NCBI GenBank assembly: GCA_964352985.1
Contig: CAYGUK010000004.1
Span: 2,980 to 66,979 of the forward strand
Reading direction: 5' to 3'
Length of the DNA: 64,000 nt
Origin: an uncultured Legionellales bacterium
GTDB taxonomy: Bacteria; Pseudomonadota; Gammaproteobacteria; JAHCLG01
Of the stretch, positions 49,402-60,540 are shown in pieces; the stretch's first letter is position 1; every line of letters starts with the position of its first letter. Below the pieces are notes generated by a model, which did not search any database, had not been told where the DNA came from, and worked only from the letters and a program-made list of their open reading frames with translations. The translations under genes were made by a program, and so were the position numbers.

Positions 49402-51350
49402 TGTACTAATCCTAACATTTCAGCAATTAAACTATCGGTCACCGTCATCACTTGCGCCATCGCTTGGAATGCGCGTTGAAAATTTAATAAATTTGCCGCT
49501 TCCTCTTCTTCATTGACTCCAGAAATCGAATCTTTTTTAGCTTGTGCTGCTTCCATTAATGTTTGAGTTGCATCCTTTGTTATTCCAACAAAACGTGCCG
49601 TGGAAGAAACAATACCTGATGTTTGTATAAAACTATCTTGAAATGAAATCGAATTATTTTCTAAAATCGACACATCATTTAATTTATCTAGCAAAATGCC
49701 ATTACGATTATCACCAAATCCATTAGTATTATAGTTTATGGTAAAACTATCCCCTGTAGCTGGTGCACCTGAAATATCAATTTGATATCCTGGATCAAAT
49801 GTACCAGGTGTTGGAAAAACAGCATTATTTTGTCCAGGCGTAAAAACAATTGGCCCTTCAATTATTGCGCTAGTTGTCGCGTTGACGAGTTGATAACTTG
49901 TTGGTGATAAAAACTCAACTCGTATTGGAGGCGTTAATTGTCCTGGCGTTGTTGTAAAACTTGCATTAGTGGTATCAGTGACAACACCGGCTGAAATCAA
50001 GCCATTTCCAGTATTTGTTGTTGTCGAGGTGGTTTTAATCGGTGCTGCTATCGCTAATCCTCTGGGATCAGAAATGGCAACATTAATATTTTTACTCGCA
50101 CTTTTTAAGGGTGAGAGAATATAACTTTCATTTGCGGCAAAGACACCCGCTGTAATATTTGTGGTAAAACCATCTGCCATCACACTATGAGGAAATCCAC
50201 CAATTACACCTGTAGCAACAGAAGTATTATCTTTTAAGCGAACGATAGAGTAATTTGTTGGCGAAGTAAAAGATAACCGATAGTCTGATGCTTGTAATTG
50301 TGAAACATCATTTATGGTGACCGTTCCAGTAATATTACCCACATTATTAACATTTCCTTGAATACGATTTGTAATAAAGCTACCGTTATTTATATCTTGA
50401 AAAATATCACCACCAAGTTGACCATTTAAATCCATGCCCAAATGATTTTGTTCATTCATGGTATCTGCAAAACCCATTGCAATGAGATTAATTGAGTTTA
50501 AAGTGGGATCCAACACTTCACGACGATAGTCGAGTAACCCTGTCAATTTTCCGCCAACAATTTGATTCGTGATATTAATTGTTAAAAAACTGTCAGTTAA
50601 AATTAAATCTTTTTTAGCTGGATTTTCTGCATTAACTTGCGTTTTAATAGTAGAAGCATTGGATCCCAGTACTAACGTATTTCCCGAACCTAAAAACACA
50701 TCAACAGTGCCATCTGTTTTTTCTAAAGTATCAATTGTCACTAGTTCAGATAACTCTGCTAATAATTTATCTCTTTCATCTAATAAAACTAGATTTCCAG
50801 TTTGCGTACTTTTTGAAATTGCATCATTGACATCTGCAAGATGCCCGGCAATAATGCTGGCTTCTTGTGCCAAATTATCTAAATTTGCATTGACATTTTT
50901 ATAATGTCTATCTAATTCATCATAAACATTTTTAAAGCGATTACTTAAACCTTTTATTTCATTTATATAAACATCACGAGCAGGTATTGAAGTTGGATCA
51001 TTTAATACTGCTTGTAATGCATCAAAACTATCTTCAATTCCTTTCGCAATATTAATACTATCTTGGCCCATAAAATTGACGAGACGCGAAATTTCTGAAT
51101 CATAAATATCATTGCGGCTAAACACGGCAATACTATTTCGTAAATCAGATAAGGCTAATTGATCAGAAACACGAATAACGTTACGAATTTCAACACCATC
51201 GCCAAACAATCCAGAGCGTCTTTCCCCAAATTCAACGATTTGTCTAGAATGATCTGGATTAAATAAATTTGCAAGATTATTTGCTGTGACATTAATAGCA
51301 TTACGGTAAGATATTAATCCACTCAAACCAACATCTAATAAACCTGCCAT
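49398..51350 (-). CDS. flgK: flagellar hook-associated protein 1
   Basis: 650 aa; N-term MAGLLDVGLSGL...NNLANL; C-term LLNFQRAFQAMAQVMTVTDSL typical FlgK. Confidence 0.85.
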   Translation of the reverse strand: MAGLLDVGLSGLISYRNAINVTANNLANLFNPDHSRQIVEFGERRSGLFGDGVEIRNVIRVSDQLALSDLRNSIAVFSRNDIYDSEISRLVNFMGQDSINIAKGIEDSFDALQAVLNDPTSIPARDVYINEIKGLSNRFKNVYDELDRHYKNVNANLDNLAQEASIIAGHLADVNDAISKSTQTGNLVLLDERDKLLAELSELVTIDTLEKTDGTVDVFLGSGNTLVLGSNASTIKTQVNAENPAKKDLILTDSFLTINITNQIVGGKLTGLLDYRREVLDPTLNSINLIAMGFADTMNEQNHLGMDLNGQLGGDIFQDINNGSFITNRIQGNVNNVGNITGTVTINDVSQLQASDYRLSFTSPTNYSIVRLKDNTSVATGVIGGFPHSVMADGFTTNITAGVFAANESYILSPLKSASKNINVAISDPRGLAIAAPIKTTSTTTNTGNGLISAGVVTDTTNASFTTTPGQLTPPIRVEFLSPTSYQLVNATTSAIIEGPIVFTPGQNNAVFPTPGTFDPGYQIDISGAPATGDSFTINYNTNGFGDNRNGILLDKLNDVSILENNSISFQDSFIQTSGIVSSTARFVGITKDATQTLMEAAQAKKDSISGVNEEEEAANLLNFQRAFQAMAQVMTVTDSLIAEMLGLVQ

Positions 51351-51359
51351 ATATTACCT

Positions 51360-52334
51360 CTACTGCCCAACATAGTTAAAAACATCATGATCCATAATAC
51401 TCATAATTTTTTTAGCATAATTTGGATCAGTGGCATAACCTGCTTGTTGTAATCCTTTAGCAAAAGAATTTGCATCATGAGTTTGTGTTAATGCTTGTTG
51501 ATATCTTGGATTTGATTGTAAAAACGTTGCATAATCTTGCAAACTTTCCCCAAAGGAGTCATAACTTCTAAAAGCCGCATATTCTTTCTGATAACGACCT
51601 TGGCGATATTCTGTTGTTTTAACAATTGCTTTGTCACCCTCCCATGTTGAATTTGCTTTAATCCCAAATAAATTAAAACTATTTTCACCATTTTGATGTT
51701 TAATGATTCTTTTACCCCAACCTGTTTCTAATGCGGCTTGGGCAATTAAAAATTTAGGATCAACCCCTAACTCTTTTGCCACCTTCGTCGCATCTTCCCA
51801 AAGTCCTTTGACAAAGGAGAGTTTTGAATTAAATAATTGATTTACTTTTGTCGCTGTTCTTTGCAGTGCTAAACCAGGTTCTGCAGCTATTTTTTTAGCC
51901 AGTTGAAATGGTAAAGGTAAAGTCTCATGTGTCGTTTTTTCATTTGCATTAAGTGCTGGTGTTGGTAATGACGCATTTTGCAAAGCCATGGGTAATTGTG
52001 GTTTAACTGTCTCACCAGAATCTTGATTTAATTTTTTTATTTGTGCCGCTAGCATATTAGCAATGCCTGTTTTATTGTTAGAAGCAGCACTTAAGGAAAT
52101 TTGTTTATCAAATAAATCCTGATAAATATCCGCACCATTTGATGCAAATAAGCCACTATCAAATGATTGATTAGCTTGTCTCATATTTTTCATTGCTAAT
52201 TGCAAAAACACTGCTTCAAATTGTTCGGCTACTTCTTGCGTCACGGATTGTTGATGTTGATCCGCTTGATAGCGCAATTGTTGAAGTGCGTTAATATCAG
52301 TATAAACTTTTGTATTTGCAATATAGTTCGACAT
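51360..52334 (-). CDS. flgJ: flagellar rod assembly protein / peptidoglycan hydrolase FlgJ
   Basis: N-terminal rod-binding region; C-terminal glucosaminidase domain (FLIAQAALETGWGK). Confidence 0.8.
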   Translation of the reverse strand: MSNYIANTKVYTDINALQQLRYQADQHQQSVTQEVAEQFEAVFLQLAMKNMRQANQSFDSGLFASNGADIYQDLFDKQISLSAASNNKTGIANMLAAQIKKLNQDSGETVKPQLPMALQNASLPTPALNANEKTTHETLPLPFQLAKKIAAEPGLALQRTATKVNQLFNSKLSFVKGLWEDATKVAKELGVDPKFLIAQAALETGWGKRIIKHQNGENSFNLFGIKANSTWEGDKAIVKTTEYRQGRYQKEYAAFRSYDSFGESLQDYATFLQSNPRYQQALTQTHDANSFAKGLQQAGYATDPNYAKKIMSIMDHDVFNYVGQ

Positions 52335-52344
52335 AATTATTCCA

Positions 52345-53463
52345 TTAAATAATGACTAGTTCAGCCTTTAATGCGCCGACTGATTTTAAGGCTTCTAATA
52401 TTGCGACGAGATCACCTGGTGCTGCCCCGACGCGATTAATTGCTTTTACGATATCTTTTAATGACGCACCGGGTTCAAAAACAAAAGCGCGACTATTTTG
52501 TTGATTAATTTGCACATTAGAATTTTGAGTCACCACCGTTTGACCACCAGATAAAGCATTTGGTTGGCTAACTTGAGGTGTCTCAGTGATCGTAACTGTT
52601 AAATTTCCATGAGAAACTGCAGCTGGCATCACTCGCACATTTTGACCAATAACGATTGTGCCTGTTCTTGAGTTTACGACAATTTTTGCTGGCCCTTCAG
52701 CGGGATCTAACGTTAAATTTTCTAGTTCTGCAACAAACGCAACATACTGGTTACTGTTAGATTCTTTATTCATTGCAAGTGGTAATTTTACTTGAATAGA
52801 AGCAGCGTCAACTGGTACTGCGATGATTTGTTGTGCCGAGGTATTAATCACATCAGCTAATCTTTTTGCAGTTGTAAAATCAGGTTCGTGCAAGTTGTAA
52901 ACGAGTCGTCCATTTTGCACATAAGGTGCGAGCACCGAACGCTCAACTGTTGCCCCATTAGGAATTCGACCCGCGCTTGGAATATTAACTGCAATTTTAG
53001 AACCATCCGCTCCACTTGCACCGATACCTGATACCACCACACTACCTTGAGCAATCGCATAAGTATTACCATCTGCTCCTTTTAAAGGTGACATTAATAA
53101 AACACCACCTCTTAAACTAGAAGCATTACCAATTGATGAAACCGTAATATCGATAGTTTGACCTTGTTTAACAAAGGGTGGTAATGAAGCACTAATCGCA
53201 ACAGCTGCAACATTTCGTAATTGTAAATTTGTCCGTTCGGGGATACGAATATTAAATTGTTTTAACATCGAACGAAAACTTTGATTAGTAAATGGGGCTT
53301 GTGTTGTACGATCCCCTGTCGCGTTTAATCCAACTACAAGCCCGTAACCCACGAGTTGATTTTCGCGAACGCCTGCAAGCGTTGCAATATCTTTTATTCT
53401 TTCGGCAAAAAGAGTAGGAATGAATAATAAATTTATTAAAATTACTACTATTAATTTTTTCAT
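52345..53463 (-). CDS. flgI: flagellar P-ring protein
   Basis: Likely start [20 protein letters not shown] (GGAGAG RBS), signal peptide then [17 protein letters not shown] typical FlgI. Confidence 0.9.
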   Translation of the reverse strand: MKKLIVVILINLLFIPTLFAERIKDIATLAGVRENQLVGYGLVVGLNATGDRTTQAPFTNQSFRSMLKQFNIRIPERTNLQLRNVAAVAISASLPPFVKQGQTIDITVSSIGNASSLRGGVLLMSPLKGADGNTYAIAQGSVVVSGIGASGADGSKIAVNIPSAGRIPNGATVERSVLAPYVQNGRLVYNLHEPDFTTAKRLADVINTSAQQIIAVPVDAASIQVKLPLAMNKESNSNQYVAFVAELENLTLDPAEGPAKIVVNSRTGTIVIGQNVRVMPAAVSHGNLTVTITETPQVSQPNALSGGQTVVTQNSNVQINQQNSRAFVFEPGASLKDIVKAINRVGAAPGDLVAILEALKSVGALKAELVII

Positions 53464-53479
53464 CTCTACTCTCCAGTTT

Positions 53480-54181
53480 TTACCAAGGGAATAAACCACC
53501 TAAAGCACCCATAAAGAAGCGACCAAACCAACCGGCGACATTTGATTCCGCAACTTGCCCTGTGCCACTATATGAAATTCTGGCATTGGCAATTTTAATA
53601 GAATCAACTGAATTATTTTCATCAATGTCTGCTTGGCGAACAATTCCCGTTAAGCGAATGAATTCTTTGCCACGATTAATTTGCACCCATTTTTCACCAC
53701 GGATAACCAAATTTCCATTTCCCAACACTTGTGAAACAGTCACTGAAATCGTGCCAGTGAGATCGTTACTTTGTGAACTATCACCTTTACCATCAAAGGT
53801 GCCGGTATTATCAAGTTTTGTCGCCAGTGTATTTTGACTTTCATTGAATTTAGGTCCTGCACCAAATAAAGTTGGATTAGGCACATCAATTGCTGTTGTA
53901 CGAGAAGTTTTCGTTTTAGCTGATTTTTTTGCTGACGTTTTTTCCGTTAAACGTATCGTGATAATATCGCCAACGCGTCTTGCTGTGGTATCTTCAAATA
54001 AAGCAATTGTTGTCGCATCACGATAAATTGAACCGGTACTATGTCCTGGTACCACCGCTTTTGCAACTTGCGGATAACTTGGCGCAAATTCAATATTGCC
54101 TGGTTTTGGTTCATTCCAAAAGCATCCTGTTAACATGACGCTTAGTAGGGTAATCATTGCAATATTTTTATTTAACATCAC
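53480..54181 (-). CDS. flgH: flagellar L-ring lipoprotein
   Basis: Lipobox LLSVMLTGC; FlgH core; 233 aa. Confidence 0.9.
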   Translation of the reverse strand: MMLNKNIAMITLLSVMLTGCFWNEPKPGNIEFAPSYPQVAKAVVPGHSTGSIYRDATTIALFEDTTARRVGDIITIRLTEKTSAKKSAKTKTSRTTAIDVPNPTLFGAGPKFNESQNTLATKLDNTGTFDGKGDSSQSNDLTGTISVTVSQVLGNGNLVIRGEKWVQINRGKEFIRLTGIVRQADIDENNSVDSIKIANARISYSGTGQVAESNVAGWFGRFFMGALGGLFPW

Positions 54182-54191
54182 TTAACTCTCT

Positions 54192-54980
54192 CTATGTGTT
54201 GCGAATGATAAATTCGTTTGATTCATCTGCTGCTCTAATTGAGCGGCCATTGACTTCGAACGCACGTTGCGCTTCTAACAATTCTACTAAAGTAGAAACA
54301 ACATTAACGTTTGATGCTTCTAATCCACCCTGTTGTACTTGACCGAGCCCCGTATCATCACCTGGAGTACCTGTTTGTGGTTCACCACTTGCAACTGTTT
54401 GTTTGTAATTATTATCACCGAGTGGTTCTAATCCTTCAGGATTAATAAAATTTGCCAATTCAATTTTTCCAATTTCTTGAGGTTCTGTTTCATCGGCAAT
54501 TTGCACGCTGACGGTGCCATCTGAACCAATAGTAATTGTTTTCGCGGTTTCTGGCACAGTCATTTCAGGTTGTAATGGAAAGCCTTCAGCATTTACAATT
54601 TTTCCTTCACTATTTAATTTAAAATTTCCTGTTCTGCTATAAACTAATTCACCTGAAGGTAATAAAAATTGAAAAAATCCTTTTCCATCAATATAAACAT
54701 CTAAAGGATTATTTGTATTATTAAATGACCCTTGTGTAAAATCTTTTGTGATTGCGGATACTCTCGCACCTTTACCCATCATCACACCAACAGGACGATT
54801 AGTATCTTCTGTTTCTTGCGCACCTTGCACTTGAAAAGTTTGATACGTTAAATCGGTCGATACCAACGTACCTTTTTTAAATCCAGGGGTATTAACGTTT
54901 GCAAGATTATGAGCGATATTTTCTAATGCTCGACCTTGAACTCGAATACCTGTTTGAGCTGTTTGTAAGGGACCTTCCAT
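54192..54980 (-). CDS. flgG: flagellar basal-body rod protein FlgG
   Basis: 262 aa; N-term ...ENIAHNLANVNTPGFK and C-term rod motifs. Confidence 0.9.
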   Translation of the reverse strand: MEGPLQTAQTGIRVQGRALENIAHNLANVNTPGFKKGTLVSTDLTYQTFQVQGAQETEDTNRPVGVMMGKGARVSAITKDFTQGSFNNTNNPLDVYIDGKGFFQFLLPSGELVYSRTGNFKLNSEGKIVNAEGFPLQPEMTVPETAKTITIGSDGTVSVQIADETEPQEIGKIELANFINPEGLEPLGDNNYKQTVASGEPQTGTPGDDTGLGQVQQGGLEASNVNVVSTLVELLEAQRAFEVNGRSIRAADESNEFIIRNT

Positions 54981-54995
54981 AGTCTATTCTCCTTA

Positions 54996-55742
54996 TTACG
55001 ACGGCATGTGTAATATATCATTTGCTTTATTAGAATTTTCATCAAGCTTACTAATTAACTTCACATTACTCTCAAGATGATGAGTAATTTCTATCATTTT
55101 CACTAATGCTTCGACTGAGTTGACATTACTGCCCTCAATAAAACCACTTGCTACTTGAATACTAGCATCAGTTTCTTCCGTGCCATTTTCAGAATAAATT
55201 GCACCATCCAAATCTTTATATAAATTTTCTTTTTTAGGATTCACCAGTTTTAAACGATCAACCACAGCTAAATTTTCAGATCCTTGACCTGCGGGCACAA
55301 AACTAATCGTGCCATCACTACCAATAGAAATATCATTGGCAGGTGGAATACTAATTGGACCACTATTTCCTAAAATAGGTTTGCCTTCACCGGTGACTAA
55401 CAAACCTTCAGGACTCACTTGCAAACTCGCCGTACGAATATAAGATTCACGACCACCTTCGGTTTGCACAACCATCCAACCTTCATGTTTAACTGCAACA
55501 TCTAAATTACGCCCTGTAGGCATCAAGGCACCTTTTTCATGGCTTATTCCACTTGACGCTGCAGCAGAATAAATACGTCCTTGGTGACCAGGTCCTTCTA
55601 CTGGTTGACTGATAAAATGGATTAAATCACCACGAAACCCAGGCGTATTTAGGTTTGCTAAATTATTATTATTCACTTGCATAGCTTTCATTGCTTGAGT
55701 TGCGCCATTCATTGCAAGATAAAGTGATTTATCCATCGTCAT
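54996..55742 (-). CDS. flgF: flagellar basal-body rod protein FlgF
   Basis: 248 aa rod-family protein between flgE and flgG. Confidence 0.85.
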   Translation of the reverse strand: MTMDKSLYLAMNGATQAMKAMQVNNNNLANLNTPGFRGDLIHFISQPVEGPGHQGRIYSAAASSGISHEKGALMPTGRNLDVAVKHEGWMVVQTEGGRESYIRTASLQVSPEGLLVTGEGKPILGNSGPISIPPANDISIGSDGTISFVPAGQGSENLAVVDRLKLVNPKKENLYKDLDGAIYSENGTEETDASIQVASGFIEGSNVNSVEALVKMIEITHHLESNVKLISKLDENSNKANDILHMPS

Positions 55743-55748
55743 TCATCC

Positions 55749-56948
55749 TTAAATACTAATGATGGTTTCAGTCATGGTGTCACCCGCTCTAATTACTTGT
55801 GAATTAGCTTGGAAAAATCGTTGGGCTGTAATTAAATCAACTAATGATTTTGTTAAGTCAACATTCGATTCTTCCAGCGCACCTGATTGAATTGCACCTA
55901 AACTATTCCCCGATTCAATCACAGGTCGACCTGAAGCATTCGTTTCAACCCATGACATATTTCCTGCTTGTTGTAAGCCATTTACCGATGGAAATTTAGC
56001 TGTTGCAATTTGAAATATCTGTTGCAATTGCCCATTACTATAACGAGCAGATAAAATTCCATCATCATCAATATCAATACTTGTTACTTCACCACTAGCA
56101 AAACCATCTTGCGTAGTTCGTCTTGTTTCACTACTACTACCAAACTGAGTAGCATTCACATAAGTTAAATTTAAATTTTGTGGACTCACTGATCCATTAC
56201 CTGGATTCCAAGGAATCGCAGCCAATGTAGTTGATTGGAAAATACCAGCATTATTAAAAACAACATTTCCTGCGCCTTGATTAACCCCATCAATTTCAAC
56301 TTGAACTTGCCAGGTGTTTACCGCAGGTGCAGGCTGTTTTACATAATAAGTGGCTAAAGAATGCGAAACACCTAAACTATCAAACACAACCGTATCTGTT
56401 CTAAAATTAAAGGTTGTAGCATCTGTTGGATTAAATGCACCTGTTGGTGGTATTGATGTTGAATCCAAATTAATTTCAAAATCTATTCCGGTGGTTGCTT
56501 GTGCGGGTAATGGTGTAGTTGGCACAACAATATCTGATAACGTTGCGCTTGTGACATTATTCACAATAGAAAAACCCTGAACGCGTTGTGCAACAGAGTC
56601 AACCACATTACCCGTTTTATCAATAAAATATTGTCCTGCTTTGGTATAACTGCGTTGACCATTATTGGCATCACGCATCACAAAAAATAATTCTTCGTCT
56701 CTGATACTCCAATCTAATTGTCGACCCGTTAAGGTAAAACCACCTTGACCAAAATCTTGGAAAGTACCCAATACTTTTACACCATTTACAATTTGAGCAC
56801 CTGAGGTACCTTGCGAAAAGTTATCGGCTAATTGCACAAAAGATTGTTTAAACCCAGACGTGTTTGAGTTAGCAATATTATTACCAATAAATTCTAAATC
56901 TGTTGTTGCGGCATTTAATCCACTTATTGCTGTAGAATTAACAGACAT
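55749..56948 (-). CDS. flgE: flagellar hook protein FlgE
   Basis: 399 aa; N-term ...IGNNIANSNTSGFK; C-term ...DLTKSLVDLITAQRFFQANSQVIRAGDTM. Confidence 0.9.
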   Translation of the reverse strand: MSVNSTAISGLNAATTDLEFIGNNIANSNTSGFKQSFVQLADNFSQGTSGAQIVNGVKVLGTFQDFGQGGFTLTGRQLDWSIRDEELFFVMRDANNGQRSYTKAGQYFIDKTGNVVDSVAQRVQGFSIVNNVTSATLSDIVVPTTPLPAQATTGIDFEINLDSTSIPPTGAFNPTDATTFNFRTDTVVFDSLGVSHSLATYYVKQPAPAVNTWQVQVEIDGVNQGAGNVVFNNAGIFQSTTLAAIPWNPGNGSVSPQNLNLTYVNATQFGSSSETRRTTQDGFASGEVTSIDIDDDGILSARYSNGQLQQIFQIATAKFPSVNGLQQAGNMSWVETNASGRPVIESGNSLGAIQSGALEESNVDLTKSLVDLITAQRFFQANSQVIRAGDTMTETIISI

Positions 56949-56979
56949 TTGATCTCTCCCTTACCCTAACTTTTACGTG

Positions 56980-57654
56980 TTAATATACTTTTATTACATC
57001 ATTAAAATTAACCGTTCCTAAATCATTAAAATTAATTTTTAATGTCGATTGATTATCCCCGAGTGATACACTGTCAACAGTTAACGTTGCATTTGTTGCT
57101 AACGCACCGACTGTATTTTGATAGCGTCCTTCTGCTACTAAATGATATTTTCCTGGCGTTGCTGGTTGACCTTGAGTAGTTGTGCCATCCCATTTAAATT
57201 CTTTTAAACCTTCTGTTCCGCTACCTAAATCTAATCTTTTTACTAAATTACCTTGCATGTCATGAATGTTAACCACAATATTGTCTGTATTACCTTGTAA
57301 CTGAACAGCGCCACTTAAGCCTTCACCACTTTTTAATAAACCAATTTGTGAATTAACTTGAACTTTTCTACCAACGAGAGAAGCCGCTTGCAAGGCTTGA
57401 TTAGAAACAAGTGTGCTACTAAATCCTTCGAAAGAAGATTGTAATTTATTAATACCTTCAACCGTTCCAAACTGCGCCATTTGTGCTAAAAATTGTGAAC
57501 TATCTTGAGGTGATAATGGATCTTGCGCTTTTAACTGCGTCATCATCAATGTTAAGAAATCATTTTGACCTAATTCTTTTTGTGCTGTTCTTGTTGTTTC
57601 TGGAACAGCAAATTGATCAATTTGATTTTGTACTTGTAATGAATTGACATCCAT
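56980..57654 (-). CDS. flgD: flagellar hook capping/assembly protein FlgD
   Basis: 224 aa, ...DFLTLMMTQLKAQDPLSP motif typical of FlgD. Confidence 0.85.
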   Translation of the reverse strand: MDVNSLQVQNQIDQFAVPETTRTAQKELGQNDFLTLMMTQLKAQDPLSPQDSSQFLAQMAQFGTVEGINKLQSSFEGFSSTLVSNQALQAASLVGRKVQVNSQIGLLKSGEGLSGAVQLQGNTDNIVVNIHDMQGNLVKRLDLGSGTEGLKEFKWDGTTTQGQPATPGKYHLVAEGRYQNTVGALATNATLTVDSVSLGDNQSTLKINFNDLGTVNFNDVIKVY

Positions 57655-57673
57655 GTCAAATATCTCTCCCTAG

Positions 57674-58105
57674 TTAGTTATCGATGATACTGAGTGTGCG
57701 TAATAATAAATTACGACTCGTTGTCATCATTTCGACGCTCATCGAATAATCATGTGATGCCGATAACATATCGCTTAATTCTTCATATCGATTGACATTC
57801 GATTTGTAGACATAGCCTTCTTCATCAGCTAGCTCATGATTAGGTTGGTATTCCTTTACCGGCGGTGCTTCGCTTTGGGTAATACCCGTTACAACCACAC
57901 CTTGTCCTTGATTCGAAAAATCATTAAAGCCCGTTTCCGTATTTTGCATCAAAGTAGAAAATATGGGATGACGCGCCCGATACGCTTGTGTTTCAGTCCC
58001 TGAAACAACCATCGCATTTGCGAGATTACTTGCCGTCGTATTTAAGCGTATGGTTTGTGCGCTCATCCCAGTAGACGCGATTTGCATTGCTGTTTCCAAA
58101 CTCAT
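57674..58105 (-). CDS. flgC: flagellar basal-body rod protein FlgC
   Basis: 143 aa, ...ASNLANAMVVSGTETQAYRARHPIF. Confidence 0.9.
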   Translation of the reverse strand: MSLETAMQIASTGMSAQTIRLNTTASNLANAMVVSGTETQAYRARHPIFSTLMQNTETGFNDFSNQGQGVVVTGITQSEAPPVKEYQPNHELADEEGYVYKSNVNRYEELSDMLSASHDYSMSVEMMTTSRNLLLRTLSIIDN

Positions 58106-58107
58106 TT

Positions 58108-58506
58108 CTATTCTCCTTTAATCGCGCTGATAAGACCGCCAGTTCTATTTTTAATAAACGTTAAGGTCGCTTGATATTTCGTTGCATTTTCAGCAAACTT
58201 TTGTCGTTCAATATCAAGGTCAACAGTATTCCCATCAACTGCAGGTAAATGAGGAATTCGATATTTAAGGGGAACATGTGTAAAACCATTTTGCAAAGAA
58301 ATATGTTTTTCATTCGTTGCATTTAAACTAACATGAGTGGATAGTGAATTTTGTGAAATTGATTTCATCGCATCGTTAAAATCAATATCTCTTGCCTTAT
58401 ATCCAGGCGTACTCGCATTGGTGAGATTATTGGCCAACACACTAAAACGTTGTTCTCTTAGTAATAGTGCTTGTTCATGAACGCCAAAAATATTATTTAT
58501 GCTCAT
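58108..58506 (-). CDS. flgB: flagellar basal-body rod protein FlgB
   Basis: Likely start MSINNIFGVHEQALLLREQR (AGGAATGAG RBS) aligning with E. coli FlgB N-terminus; ...NNLTNASTPGYKARDIDF. Confidence 0.85.
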   Translation of the reverse strand: MSINNIFGVHEQALLLREQRFSVLANNLTNASTPGYKARDIDFNDAMKSISQNSLSTHVSLNATNEKHISLQNGFTHVPLKYRIPHLPAVDGNTVDLDIERQKFAENATKYQATLTFIKNRTGGLISAIKGE

Positions 58507-58533
58507 AAACTCATTCCTATCGTCATTACCCAA

Positions 58534-58822
58534 AAATACTTTAACATTTTTTTATTTCTTTAAATCTGAGTATAGGTGACAATGTTCACTTCGCCATTTT
58601 TTTAAAAAAAATATTTAAAGTTTTTTTTTACAGTGACGATATGATGGGAGATCTTCCTTACAAACTGTTTTTTACAGTATTTTTTAAAAATTAAGCGGCA
58701 ATTTTTTCTATTCATAGGAAATTATTGCCGCTAATTTTCATCCTTGCAAAACCCCAAATACTCTCTAGTGTTAAGTAAAAGAATTTTAAATTTTTATATA
58801 AAAGTAATGTAAGGGAAGACAA
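58534..58822. promoter_or_regulatory. divergent flgB / fliK control region with direct and inverted repeats
   Basis: AT-rich; 12-nt direct repeat TTTTTTACAGT(G/A) at ~58624-58635 and ~58668-58679; inverted repeat GCGGCAAT-21nt-ATTGCCGC at ~58695-58731; homopolymeric A/T tracts. Confidence 0.4.
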
Positions 58823-60019
58823 ATGAATGATTTAAAAATTGCGACTGTGCAAGCTGCACAGCAATCCGCACAACCTGATTCCACAAATTCTGACGCAAAT
58901 ACTTCAAATGAATTTAACAATACATTAAATGGTGAAGTCAGTAATATTTCGAGTAAATCGCAACCTGCAAATACAACAGAAAAATCACAACCAGCACCAA
59001 AAGCTGATGTTCAACTCGCAGAGCAAGAAATTGTGGAAGATATCGAACAATTATTAAATGAACAATTTGAATTAATCAGCGAGACCGAAATTTTAACTGA
59101 AAATATTGAAGAAACAATTAAATTACCTTTCACAGAACTTACAACTAACGATCCTACTACAGCTGAACTCGAAGAAATTAATGTCGAAATTTCTTCAGAA
59201 GATAGTGGTCAGCCATTATTAAATCCTCAAAATTTAATTGATGAAATAGGGTCTGATGAATCGAATGTTATTAAAATTGATCCAACTAAAATAGAAGGAT
59301 TACAAAAAACAAATCAACCCATCGTTGAAGCTAAACCCTTTTTACAAGCACAAGGCATTAAAGCTTTTGTGAATTTACAACAACACGGCGAACAGAACTT
59401 AAATCAACAATCGAGTGATCATCAATTTCAACAGTCTTTTCAACATCAATTTTCGCAGCAATTTAACCAACACATTGGATTACAAAATAACAATGTCTCT
59501 CAATTTGAAAATTTTATCAATTTTCATCCACAACAAACGCAAGTAACACAGCCTAATTTGCAATCAACACCGCAAATAACGAATTCTTCCTCATTACCTG
59601 TTATTTCTTTTTCAACGCCTATGGGTGATGACTCATGGTCGAATGGATTTGTTGAACGCATCAATTTTATGACGAATAAAAATATTCAATCTGCTGAAAT
59701 AAAGATTCATCCGCCAGAATTAGGCAGTATAATAGCGAAAATAAAAATTGAAGGCGGTGTCGCTGAATTATCATTTACGACACAACATGGGCATGTTAAA
59801 GAAGCCATCGAATCTAATATACCAAGATTGCGAGAAACATTGAGTCAAGATGGATTAACGTTACTTGATGTAAATGTCTCGGAACAAAATTCTGAGCGAC
59901 AAGAAACAACTCAATTTACATCGCAATCAGAACGTGTCGAAGATGACGGTAGTTTAGATCGAGATAATAAAGCAGTTGAAATAAAAAATAGTGATCGCTT
60001 AATTGATTACTACGCTTAA
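58823..60019 (+). CDS. fliK: flagellar hook-length control protein FliK
   Basis: Q/N/S-rich N-terminal low complexity; C-terminal Flg_hook domain ([62 protein letters not shown]). Confidence 0.65.
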   Translation: MNDLKIATVQAAQQSAQPDSTNSDANTSNEFNNTLNGEVSNISSKSQPANTTEKSQPAPKADVQLAEQEIVEDIEQLLNEQFELISETEILTENIEETIKLPFTELTTNDPTTAELEEINVEISSEDSGQPLLNPQNLIDEIGSDESNVIKIDPTKIEGLQKTNQPIVEAKPFLQAQGIKAFVNLQQHGEQNLNQQSSDHQFQQSFQHQFSQQFNQHIGLQNNNVSQFENFINFHPQQTQVTQPNLQSTPQITNSSSLPVISFSTPMGDDSWSNGFVERINFMTNKNIQSAEIKIHPPELGSIIAKIKIEGGVAELSFTTQHGHVKEAIESNIPRLRETLSQDGLTLLDVNVSEQNSERQETTQFTSQSERVEDDGSLDRDNKAVEIKNSDRLIDYYA

Positions 60020-60399
60020 TCTCGATTTAAATTTAATGCGCATGAATTAATACAATAGCGTAATCCTGTTGGTTTGGGGCCATCATCGAACACATGACCT
60101 AAATGCGCATCACAGTTTTTGCATTTCACTTCAATTCTAGTCATACCTTTGGAGTGATCGACAACTTCAATAATGGCTGATTTATCCAGTGCTTCATAAA
60201 AACTAGGCCAACCGGAGCCCGAATCGAATTTTGTATCAGAAGAAAATAATTTAGCATCACAACAAATACAATGATACGTGCCATCATCATGACAATTCCA
60301 ATATTCACCGGTGAAAGCACGTTCTGTAGCACTTTCTCGAGTCACAGCATATTGTGTTTCGGTTAATTTATTTTTCCAATCATTTTTTCTTTCAGACAT
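60016..60399 (-). CDS. msrB: peptide-methionine (R)-S-oxide reductase
   Basis: Two CxxC ([22 protein letters not shown]), SGSGWPSF motif; 127 aa. Confidence 0.9.
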   Translation of the reverse strand: MSERKNDWKNKLTETQYAVTRESATERAFTGEYWNCHDDGTYHCICCDAKLFSSDTKFDSGSGWPSFYEALDKSAIIEVVDHSKGMTRIEVKCKNCDAHLGHVFDDGPKPTGLRYCINSCALNLNRD

Positions 60400-60540
60400 A
60401 TTTCACCCCTAATGTCAAGCTATTTAATTTTCACCAATTATACATTATGTTACAAGGATTTCTTAATATTACATTAAGCGAAGTAAAAATACCCGTCTAT
60501 AATTAATAATGTAAAAACAAGATTATAGAGGTGCTAAGAA

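Noticed and set aside
58695-58733. GCCGCTAA as a sigma-28 -10 element for fliK, and a sigma-54 -24/-12 promoter for flgB
   Set aside because: No acceptable -35 (TAAAGTTT) at the right spacing, and no TGGCAC-N5-TTGC match on either strand by eye. Left as unresolved rather than called.
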